DNA of 26,567 bases from positions 1-26,567 of the IMG/VR virus record IMGVR_UViG_3300020413_000063. The stretch is one strand, 5' to 3'. This DNA comes from a virus. Its lineage: Duplodnaviria > Caudoviricetes. The translations under genes were made by a program, and so were the position numbers. Of this stretch, positions 1 to 7,071 are shown piece by piece. The notes below the pieces were generated by a model. It made no database searches. It had not been told where the DNA came from and worked only from the letters and a program-made list of their open reading frames with translations. Positions within the stretch are counted from its first letter, which is position 1, and each line of letters starts with the position of its first letter.

Positions 1-727
1 GTTCCCATTTATCTTTAATATTATGAAAGTTTACATCAAATGCAGAAGGATTAACCATTCCACCAAACTCATCCATGTCATACCCAAGTTCTTCTAATAA
101 CCTCAAATTCTCATATCGATCTACTTCATCATAAATCTCATCTAAATTTTTACCCTTATAGGTAAAATCTTGAGGTGCTAATCTAGGTAAATAATCAAAT
201 TCTGGTATTTCTCTTGATTGAGATGAATAACCACCCCATCCATAAGCCTGAGCCCCTTCACCAGTATTAATTGTATCATCATCAATTCTAAACTTATCAA
301 AATCATGGGGGCTGGCATGCCAACTTCTTATTTTTGATCTATAAGGGTCTACTTTTAAATTTTTAAATTTTTCATAATTAGCAACAATATTTTTACTTAA
401 ATCATCATAGGTTCTAACTAAATTGCCAGGTAATGCCAAAGAGCCTAAACTAGCCATCATTCTAGCACCTTGCCCAAAAGCATTAATTTTGCTACCCCTA
501 GATAATTCATTTATTAACCCCTCACTTGATGATTGAGCATCAATTACATCAGTCGCAGGGGAAATTGTTTCCATCAATCCCAGAGGGAATTGTGCCATGT
601 GACCCTTATCATTAGGATTTCTAGGCAAAAACCTATTCATAAATTGATTAAATTGATTAGATTTTTCATCTAACCATCTTGTATTTTTCTGTCTATTTTC
701 TTCGGAAAGAAAATCTAATAAATTCAT
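1..727 (-). CDS. ADP-ribosyltransferase-like (ART-PolyVal-type) domain protein, 3' end truncated by the window edge
   Basis: Translated by hand: ATG at 727 with GAGG upstream, open for 242 codons to the edge (MNLLDFLSEENRQK...). Contains SWHASPHDFDKFRIDDDTINTGEGAQAYGWGGYSS, matching the YHGSPHxFxxF...GTGEGAQAYGWGLY signature. Confidence 0.8.
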   Translation of the reverse strand, partial: MNLLDFLSEENRQKNTRWLDEKSNQFNQFMNRFLPRNPNDKGHMAQFPLGLMETISPATDVIDAQSSSEGLINELSRGSKINAFGQGARMMASLGSLALPGNLVRTYDDLSKNIVANYEKFKNLKVDPYRSKIRSWHASPHDFDKFRIDDDTINTGEGAQAYGWGGYSSQSREIPEFDYLPRLAPQDFTYKGKNLDEIYDEVDRYENLRLLEELGYDMDEFGGMVNPSAFDVNFHNIKDKWE

Positions 728-729
728 TG

Positions 730-879
730 TTATCCTCTGCGCTTATTTCTCACAGTTTTGGATGCTAATTTAAAAGCTTTATTCGTTGGTGCGCCTTTTG
801 TACCTGGCTTTCTCATTTTTTCATTACTACCAGCTTTAATTCTTCTACGTTTAGCATGAATATTTGCGTATAAAGACAT
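730..879 (-). CDS. 49-aa K/R-rich phage microprotein
   Basis: MSLYANIHAKRRRIKAGSNEKMRKPGTKGAPTNKAFKLASKTVRNKRRG; its start overlaps the upstream stop (TAATG at 877-881). Resembles the LYANIHAKR...MRKPG.KGAPT peptides of marine phages. Confidence 0.85.
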   Translation of the reverse strand: MSLYANIHAKRRRIKAGSNEKMRKPGTKGAPTNKAFKLASKTVRNKRRG

Positions 880-956
880 TATTTCCCCTTCTTTCCACCT
901 TTAGGTTTTGGGGGTCTACCTCTAGTTGATCCATAAGTTCCTTTTCCTTTTGGCAT
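879..956 (-). CDS. 25-aa basic microprotein with AT-hook-like RGRP core
   Basis: MPKGKGTYGSTRGRPPKPKGGKKGK; TAATG coupling to the terL stop (954-958) and to the next gene (877-881). Confidence 0.8.
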   Translation of the reverse strand: MPKGKGTYGSTRGRPPKPKGGKKGK

Positions 957-2368
957 TATAAAACTCCTCTCAAGTTACGTTTTAATGGTTTATTCCATCT
1001 ATTCGCATGACCACCTCTTAAAGCAATCATGTTGTCATGCGCCATGACTAGGCACAAAGCATCTGCCCTATCTGGGGAAGATAAACCCCTCTTTCTCATT
1101 TCATCCTTAGATTCAGCTTTTGCCTTACCATTGGATGAAAAGCTATATTTCACACTCACCATTTCACTAATGAGTTTTTGATCATTGGGTAACTTACAAT
1201 CTCTATTTTCTAAAAATGCCTTGAGTTTAAACCATAGCTCACTTCTAAGGTTCATATAGTTGTTCTTCATGGATGGGCTTTCACTTACATTAATGCCAAT
1301 GGCAGGCAATCCCAACTCAGCTAGTCTATCAACACAACCAGCCCCTAAACCAATGCTATCAATAAAAATTTGGGTAGGTTGATCGGTGGGATGTAAGGCA
1401 TCATATTCAGCTTTTACTCTTCCACAGAGTTGCATCAAATCTAACCCCTTCCAAGTCATAACATCTTGAATGACATTCCCCTTACGTTTGCATAAAGCAC
1501 TATGATCATTCCCAAATCGACTTACATCTAACCCCCATGTAATTTCTGCACTTGGATTTTCTTCTATCTCTCTTCTCATTGCTGATTCACATAAGTGATA
1601 GGGAATAATGGTATCTTCATCTGTCTTAGGAAAATCGCCCATAACACGCACAGCAAAGGCATTGCTTTCTTCACCATATCGTTCTTTCATTTCCTCAACA
1701 AAATCTTGGGTCACTAATGGACTATCTAAACAACTCCATCTCCTTCTCCACCAAGAAGATTTAGGTGACATTTGCGTATCAAAAAAAGTTCCACTAGTTC
1801 TAGTCGGGTTTGACAATAAAAGGGTCACACAATTTTTGCCTGACATTGATCCACTCGCTGCTTCAAAAGTCTTTTCATGCACAGCACTAGCTTCGTCAGC
1901 CACAAGAAGGACACTAGCTCTAGGACCAGATGCGTGAACACCAGCCAAAGCTTCTGGTTGCTCAGCTCTTGAAGTCTTGGCACTTATAAAAGCCTCACTT
2001 GGACTAGCAATTAATTCAACTCTATCACTCTTCACATTAAGCAAATTTTTAAGAGCTGGGGGTAGTTTGGTAATATGGGATTTTAGTTCGGAGAAAAGAG
2101 CATCAAATAATTGCTGAGAACTGGGGGCTGTTACGACTATCCGAATAGGGTATCTCGTAAATAACATCCAAATCATTAACCAAGATGCACAAGTGGACTT
2201 TCCAGTTCCATGACCACTTCTTACACTTAATCTTCTCTCACCATCACTTACTGCTTTTAACAATTCTTTTTGATAATCAAATGGGTCAACACCAATTACC
2301 TCTTGAACAAACTTAACGGGGTCATTCCCATATTTTTCTAAAAATTCTTGAAAGGGATTAGTGGACAT
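956..2368 (-). CDS. terL: Terminase large subunit
   Basis: Walker A SGHGTGKS, Walker B LLVADEA, motif III SNP, RNase H-like nuclease GLDVSRFGND...SPDRADA. ORF is open to 2413, but ATG 2368 (MSTNPF) minimises overlap with the upstream gene. Confidence 0.95.
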   Translation of the reverse strand: MSTNPFQEFLEKYGNDPVKFVQEVIGVDPFDYQKELLKAVSDGERRLSVRSGHGTGKSTCASWLMIWMLFTRYPIRIVVTAPSSQQLFDALFSELKSHITKLPPALKNLLNVKSDRVELIASPSEAFISAKTSRAEQPEALAGVHASGPRASVLLVADEASAVHEKTFEAASGSMSGKNCVTLLLSNPTRTSGTFFDTQMSPKSSWWRRRWSCLDSPLVTQDFVEEMKERYGEESNAFAVRVMGDFPKTDEDTIIPYHLCESAMRREIEENPSAEITWGLDVSRFGNDHSALCKRKGNVIQDVMTWKGLDLMQLCGRVKAEYDALHPTDQPTQIFIDSIGLGAGCVDRLAELGLPAIGINVSESPSMKNNYMNLRSELWFKLKAFLENRDCKLPNDQKLISEMVSVKYSFSSNGKAKAESKDEMRKRGLSSPDRADALCLVMAHDNMIALRGGHANRWNKPLKRNLRGVL

Positions 2369-2576
2369 ATTCATTTCCATAAGCATGAGGAAATAATCTT
2401 CTAAAATTTTCATCTGCAGCGTGTTCCAAAATAGAGCAAGTATCTATCGGATCTTCACATGATGACACAAGATGAATATTCATTCCTTTAACACCCAACA
2501 TAATCACTTCATCAAAGTGATCTCCTCGAATTCTCTCTAGCTCTTCCTTAGTCAGGTATTTTGGTGAGTTTGTCAT
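2358..2576 (-). CDS. Hypothetical protein between terS and terL
   Basis: 72-aa ORF in operon orientation that exactly fills the terS-terL gap. Confidence 0.6.
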   Translation of the reverse strand: MTNSPKYLTKEELERIRGDHFDEVIMLGVKGMNIHLVSSCEDPIDTCSILEHAADENFRRLFPHAYGNEYVH

Positions 2577-2991
2577 TGTCTAGTGGCTTTGCGTTTCTAA
2601 GAGCATCAATATGCAAGTCACCAACATTAATTTGAACAGTCGCTTGTTTTTGTCCAAACATTTCGGGGTTATCACAACCAGCTAGCCATTTTCTAAGATT
2701 AGCTTGCTCTCTTGCTTTAGCAATCGCATTGGGGCTTTCCTCAACATTATCAATTATTTCTAAAGCTTGCTCAGCAAATGCCTCACCTCTCTCTTTTCTC
2801 GCACCTTGCAATAACTGTTTTTGCTTTGGGTCTTTATATAAATTGCTCACTAATAATTTGCGACTAACCCCAAATGACCTAGCTATCGCTGTCATGCTTT
2901 CACCAGAACAAACTCTATCCAAAATATTTTGGAAACCACCACTCTTTTCAATGTCAGCTAACATTTGTCTTTTTATTGGTTGACCTGCCAT
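2548..2991 (-). CDS. terS: Terminase small subunit (Sf6-like)
   Basis: N-terminal HTH (GESMTAIARSFGVSRK), helical ARKERGEAFAEQALEIID, RKWLA...PEMFG motif; upstream of terL. Confidence 0.85.
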   Translation of the reverse strand: MAGQPIKRQMLADIEKSGGFQNILDRVCSGESMTAIARSFGVSRKLLVSNLYKDPKQKQLLQGARKERGEAFAEQALEIIDNVEESPNAIAKAREQANLRKWLAGCDNPEMFGQKQATVQINVGDLHIDALRNAKPLDNDKLTKIPD

Positions 2992-3159
2992 TTCATAAAT
3001 ATAATTTGAAAAAATTTTTTTTTCATGTTAATTATCTACACAACCCCCTCTTGTATGGGTGTATTTCTCGACCTACATCAACATCAATAACAGTGGGTAT
3101 AGGGGGGGTTATTTTGAGAAAGTGTCCGAAAACTGGTTATATAACACCCTCTCACCACC

Positions 3160-3172
3160 TAAGTCATTGATT
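3160..3172 (-). promoter_or_regulatory. IHF-binding consensus site
   Basis: Minus strand AATCAATGACTTA is an exact match to WATCAANNNNTTR, in non-coding DNA with an AT-rich flank. Confidence 0.55.
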
Positions 3173-3186
3173 TCATTATATATTGT

Positions 3187-3214
3187 TTGGCGCATAATCT
3201 ACATTATGTTACTT
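3187..3214 (+). other. dif: dif-like XerC/XerD recombination site
   Basis: TTGGCGCATAA-TCTACA-TTATGTTACTT; 21/28 identical to E. coli dif (GGTGCGCATAA-TGTATA-TTATGTTAAAT), with the 11-6-11 layout and both inner 8-bp arms exact; intergenic. Confidence 0.8.
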
Positions 3215-3216
3215 TT

Positions 3217-3534
3217 TTATTCAAAAAGTCTCGCGTGAGCGTTCTTTGGTGCGTGTGCGCCGTGGCTAGGTTGAAGGTCTAGTTTCCATAATCTATAGTT
3301 ACCATCCTTTAACTTTCTTATGCATGATGTACCCAATGGGTAACACTCATTCATAGCACTTCTTGCCCTACCAATCTCATCACTAGGTACATCAATAAAC
3401 TCATTAGGTTTCATATCAACAACGATAGAATAATACTTTCCTCTTTCATCCCCCTTCAAGTATTCCTTATGCTTCTTTTGTGTAGTCACCTTTAAACTCC
3501 CCAATGTTTCTAATAATGTCATCTTGATATTCAT
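3217..3534 (-). CDS. Hypothetical protein
   Basis: 105-aa ORF in operon orientation; start uncertain because it overlaps the DUF6378 gene. Confidence 0.6.
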   Translation of the reverse strand: MNIKMTLLETLGSLKVTTQKKHKEYLKGDERGKYYSIVVDMKPNEFIDVPSDEIGRARSAMNECYPLGTSCIRKLKDGNYRLWKLDLQPSHGAHAPKNAHARLFE

Positions 3535-3817
3535 TGTTCTTATTGATCACTATCGCAATGCCACAATAGTTAATAATGTCTTGCCAACTATCCAAATGAT
3601 TAGGTGACTTCATTAGTCTAGCTAACTTGAGTGTTATGATTTGCAAGATTACATCTGTCTCAACTAAATCCTCATTGAGTTTATTCTTGAGAATGAGGTT
3701 AAAGAAATCCTTTATATCCCCATGATTGACAATAGCATTACCATAACTTTCACCTCTATCATCTAATAGCTTACTTGCCTCAAGTATTTCATTTTGTATT
3801 TTCTTATTAATATTCAT
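3467..3817 (-). CDS. DUF6378-like protein (all-alpha, nucleotide-metabolism-associated phage family)
   Basis: DRGESYG...LKLARL...HLDSWQDIINY motifs. Confidence 0.8.
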   Translation of the reverse strand: MNINKKIQNEILEASKLLDDRGESYGNAIVNHGDIKDFFNLILKNKLNEDLVETDVILQIITLKLARLMKSPNHLDSWQDIINYCGIAIVINKNNEYQDDIIRNIGEFKGDYTKEA

Positions 3818-4011
3818 GACTGCTCCTCTTCAATTAAATGTTTTGGAATAAAACCTAATGATATTGGTCTATCCCTACTTAGCTTTTCATTAGCTCTCCT
3901 ATACTTCATAGAGCAAATATTTGAGCAAAATGTTTTCCTTATATTTGAATACCCAAATGCTTTGCCACAGTAAGTACAATGTTTCTTGCCCCTAATTTTA
4001 TCTACTCTCAT
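3814..4011 (-). CDS. Small FCS/treble-clef zinc-finger protein
   Basis: CTYCGKAF...FCSNIC; overlaps the downstream start at ATGA. Confidence 0.7.
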   Translation of the reverse strand: MRVDKIRGKKHCTYCGKAFGYSNIRKTFCSNICSMKYRRANEKLSRDRPISLGFIPKHLIEEEQS

Positions 4012-4020
4012 AATACTTCC

Positions 4021-4542
4021 TCAAAATGGGATTGGGTCATCATAGAAGTTATCAACATCATCCTTGACCCTAGCCCCCTTAAACTCCTTTAAGGTCGCAA
4101 ATACGGTTCTAGGAATGGTATTCACCAATCCCTCTAGGCTAATCCATACCTGACCCTCATGTTGCCCAAGAGGAAGCTGTTTATTGTATCTACTCACATT
4201 AACAATTGTTTTGGGCAATCCATCATGTTTAGTTTGCCAAACATTGCTATCAATCTTCTTCACCTGTTGATCTTCACAAATACCATCCACAATCTTGAAT
4301 GCCTTGATCATGCCCCTAGCAAGCTCAATGATATTTTTATTATCCTCTCTTTTGATGGCTCTAATAAGCCTCTCTTCTTGTTTAAGAAACTTTTCCCTTA
4401 ATCCCTTATCAACATATTTGAGATACGTTTGATCAATCCCATATTTCTTTTCCATGATCTCAACAATTTGATCTAAATGCTCAATGATAGTTCTCAAGGA
4501 ATAATAGTCGCTAAAGTGAGAGTTAAACTTACCCATCTCCAA
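4021..4542 (-). CDS. Hypothetical protein with SSB-like acidic C-terminal tail
   Basis: 173-aa ORF (ATG 4536 may be the true start) ending DDVDNFYDDPIPF. Confidence 0.75.
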   Translation of the reverse strand: MEMGKFNSHFSDYYSLRTIIEHLDQIVEIMEKKYGIDQTYLKYVDKGLREKFLKQEERLIRAIKREDNKNIIELARGMIKAFKIVDGICEDQQVKKIDSNVWQTKHDGLPKTIVNVSRYNKQLPLGQHEGQVWISLEGLVNTIPRTVFATLKEFKGARVKDDVDNFYDDPIPF

Positions 4543-4550
4543 ACCCCCAT

Positions 4551-4708
4551 AAGTGAGGAAAAGTGAGGAAAGTGAGGAAACCTAGACCCCTATTTAAGTA
4601 CTCCTCACTAAAGGTTTTTCCCTTAGAGGAATAAGTACCTCTAAGGAAGGAAATAACCTTTTGTATATTCGTGAGTACTTTTTGAGGAACTTTGAGGAAA
4701 GTGAGGAA
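4551..4708. repeat. Iteron-like TGAGGAA repeats flanking a palindrome; candidate replication origin
   Basis: AAGTGAGGAA at 4551, 4561, 4570 and 4699; TGAGGAA at 4683 and 4693; inverted CTCCTCACT at 4601; perfect inverted repeat CCTTAGAGG (4621-4629)/CCTCTAAGG (4638-4646). Confidence 0.75.
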
Positions 4709-4712
4709 CATT

Positions 4713-4889
4713 CTATTGTTCATCTCTAGTAGTTGTACCATTGCTAACCCCCATTGTTTTTGTGTTATGAACCTCAATATTGTCCACTCCAAATTGTATT
4801 TCTAATCGAAAACAATCCTCACATAACGCAATGTCATCATTAATAATAAAGACTATTGCATCTCTTTTACATTTAGCACACAAGCTCAT
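4713..4889 (-). CDS. Small CxxC...CxxC zinc-binding protein
   Basis: MSLCAKCKRDAIVFIINDDIALCEDCF...; ATG 4889 overlaps the upstream stop (ATGA). Confidence 0.6.
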   Translation of the reverse strand: MSLCAKCKRDAIVFIINDDIALCEDCFRLEIQFGVDNIEVHNTKTMGVSNGTTTRDEQ

Positions 4890-5716
4890 ATCAATTTTCC
4901 TTGTTGAGATGATTTGTAAGCTTTTGACCAAGATGTTTTGGTCTTGCCATAGTTTCTAAAACCACCCTTAACTCTCTCTCCATCCTCATCATAAAGAACT
5001 TGGAAGAACTCAGGGAAATGCACATGAATAACATGGTGATCCCATGCAACTTTATCAGGGGTAGTTTCATCCCATAAAGTTGATTGACTTCCAAGGCTCA
5101 TGTTTTCAAAGCAATATTCTTGACTAACCCTATTCCCATAACCCTTCGATAATAGGCTCAAGAAAAATAAGGTATCTTCACCAAATCTAACTTTAACTAA
5201 TGGTAATTCTTTTAAAATATCTTTGAAATCTTTTCCATTAAACCATACAGCACTACCTAATGATGTATTGTTTCTATAATAAACAACATCTGGAATATTC
5301 TCAGAATGAGAACATCCACAAAATGTAACATTAGGCTCTTCTAACCATTGAGAGTATAATCGAAACATATCCAAAAGATCATGGTGAGAACAAATCCTTC
5401 TTGATTTCTCCATGTTATCTTCACCACCAAATCTTTTGGCATTTCTTCTATAAAACTTTATGTCATCATCAAGAACTGCATATTTCATATTGCAACCCTC
5501 TTGATAAATAATCTTTCTAGTTTTGGCTAAACATAAGTAATCATCTAAATTCACTTTGTCTGGCAACACTAAATAATCACAATCATAATGATATTTGGGT
5601 CTTTCCCATTTTTGAACAACCATAGTCACCTTTTCTTGTAGTTCTTTGGGTAAACTCTCATAAGTAATTTGATTATCTACTCTATTAACAGTTGGGATGA
5701 ATATTCTTTCTATCAT
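4886..5716 (-). CDS. TAGT/GREB1-like GT-A glycosyltransferase (copy 2)
   Basis: IFIPTVNR, LAKTRKII, VLDDD (DxD), GEDTLFFLSLLSKG motifs. Confidence 0.75.
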   Translation of the reverse strand: MIERIFIPTVNRVDNQITYESLPKELQEKVTMVVQKWERPKYHYDCDYLVLPDKVNLDDYLCLAKTRKIIYQEGCNMKYAVLDDDIKFYRRNAKRFGGEDNMEKSRRICSHHDLLDMFRLYSQWLEEPNVTFCGCSHSENIPDVVYYRNNTSLGSAVWFNGKDFKDILKELPLVKVRFGEDTLFFLSLLSKGYGNRVSQEYCFENMSLGSQSTLWDETTPDKVAWDHHVIHVHFPEFFQVLYDEDGERVKGGFRNYGKTKTSWSKAYKSSQQGKLI

Positions 5717-6597
5717 GCGACTTTCTCCATTGTGTTGATATTGACCAACACCATCCCATAATTATCTACACCACTTGGAATATTTAGCCCCTCTCTCATA
5801 ATGGGTTTGTTCTTCCTAAATGGTGTGTAATCTACATGATGGTGCCAGCGATTAAATTTCCAAGTGACAGACGCAACATCAGGGTGCATCTCTTCCAACA
5901 TCTTTGACTTATTCATAGTGCCTTCATGGGCATAGAATTCTTCCGTATTGCCCCCACCTAATCGCTGTGTTGTGGCTTTTTCTTGTAAGAATGCATTGAA
6001 TTGAAGAGTGCATAGCCCATCTTTAAGAACTCTTAGAGATAGGTCGGTATCTTCATTATATCTACCTCTCCACCTATACTCACATGAGTTATCAATCAGC
6101 AAACATGAGTAAATTCTAGTATTGAGCAAAAATGGTGGGTAAACCTCACTTGCAAAGCAAAATTTGCAATAATTCAAGCCACTAATAGGAATGTTTGTAT
6201 ATCTATCTACAAAATCCTCACTTGCTTTAAACAATGCGCCACTATTACAAATATTCTTGGCATTCCTATTAAAACGATAGAAATTATAAATGTTATCATC
6301 CATCACCCAATGCTTTTTAGCACCTATGGAAATAGAATGATCCCATGCAAAATTCCTAGCACCCCCTGGGCCTTTTGACTTACTATCCCCAAGATCATCA
6401 AAAGTGTCATAATTCTTGAGATAGTTTGGGTCTAAGATTAAAACCTTATCTTTTCCTACCTCATTGACGTAATTTTCGTACTCTAATTCCTCAACTACTA
6501 TCCAATAAGGCACTTGCATTCGATCTAAAGACTTTGACGTTAGACGGGATTCCCAGCGACCCTTAGACACAATGTAGATGGGATAGGTAGGTATCAT
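5713..6597 (-). CDS. TAGT/GREB1-like GT-A glycosyltransferase (copy 1)
   Basis: PIYIVSKGR, GGARNFAWD, WVMDDN, NTRIYSCLL, RYNEDTDLSL, GGGNT motifs. Confidence 0.85.
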   Translation of the reverse strand: MIPTYPIYIVSKGRWESRLTSKSLDRMQVPYWIVVEELEYENYVNEVGKDKVLILDPNYLKNYDTFDDLGDSKSKGPGGARNFAWDHSISIGAKKHWVMDDNIYNFYRFNRNAKNICNSGALFKASEDFVDRYTNIPISGLNYCKFCFASEVYPPFLLNTRIYSCLLIDNSCEYRWRGRYNEDTDLSLRVLKDGLCTLQFNAFLQEKATTQRLGGGNTEEFYAHEGTMNKSKMLEEMHPDVASVTWKFNRWHHHVDYTPFRKNKPIMREGLNIPSGVDNYGMVLVNINTMEKVA

Positions 6598-6863
6598 TTC
6601 TCCAAATCCCCCTCATCAAAATATCTTTTAGAATGATGGTCTTGGAAAATGAGTTTAGGATGCCAAATAGACTTAGTTTGTTGCGTCACATTTTGATCAA
6701 TTTTTTTACCAAAATCTTGAACATCTCTCCAATTTCTAAATCTACAAATAATGACATATTCAGCCTCAATTTTCTCATGTGAGAATTCGGGCATTCCTTC
6801 CCACATTTCATCACTCATTGTAGGCATTTCAAACAATGCCATTTGCTCATCTTTCTTAGGCAT
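6594..6863 (-). CDS. Small glycosyltransferase-associated protein
   Basis: WEGMPEF...F...TKSIWHP pattern, recalled from genes that precede phage TAGT genes; GAGGT RBS before ATG 6863; ATGA-coupled to the GT. Confidence 0.65.
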   Translation of the reverse strand: MPKKDEQMALFEMPTMSDEMWEGMPEFSHEKIEAEYVIICRFRNWRDVQDFGKKIDQNVTQQTKSIWHPKLIFQDHHSKRYFDEGDLEK

Positions 6864-7071
6864 TGACCTCACCCATTCTAGTTCCAAACTTTTTGCCCGG
6901 GATATGAACTAGCATTTTCTTTTGAACTAGCTCACTCCTAATCGCTCTAATTGTGGGTACTGCTAACCCCACCATATCTTTCATCTCTGCTAAAGATGGT
7001 GGGTAGTCATTTTTTTCTATGTATCTTTTGTATGCGTAAAAGACGATTTTTTCATTTGGTGAGCTAAACAT
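6856..7071 (-). CDS. Stand-alone LexA-type winged-HTH DNA-binding protein
   Basis: YIEKNDYPPSLAEM...L..K.ML...PGK resembles the LexA N-terminal domain; no peptidase domain; TAATG coupling at 7069-7073. Confidence 0.75.
   Translation of the reverse strand: MFSSPNEKIVFYAYKRYIEKNDYPPSLAEMKDMVGLAVPTIRAIRSELVQKKMLVHIPGKKFGTRMGEVNA

Noticed and set aside
2976-3170. 64-aa plus-strand ORF
   Set aside because: Antisense to the operon, no RBS, and it runs through homopolymer tracts and the IHF site.
4551-4708. CRISPR array
   Set aside because: Repeats are 7-10 bp and adjacent, with no unique ~30-bp spacers and no cas genes.
4529-4792. 87-aa ORF over the repeat element
   Set aside because: Its FLTFLTF content is just the translated DNA repeats, and it overlaps two better ORFs.
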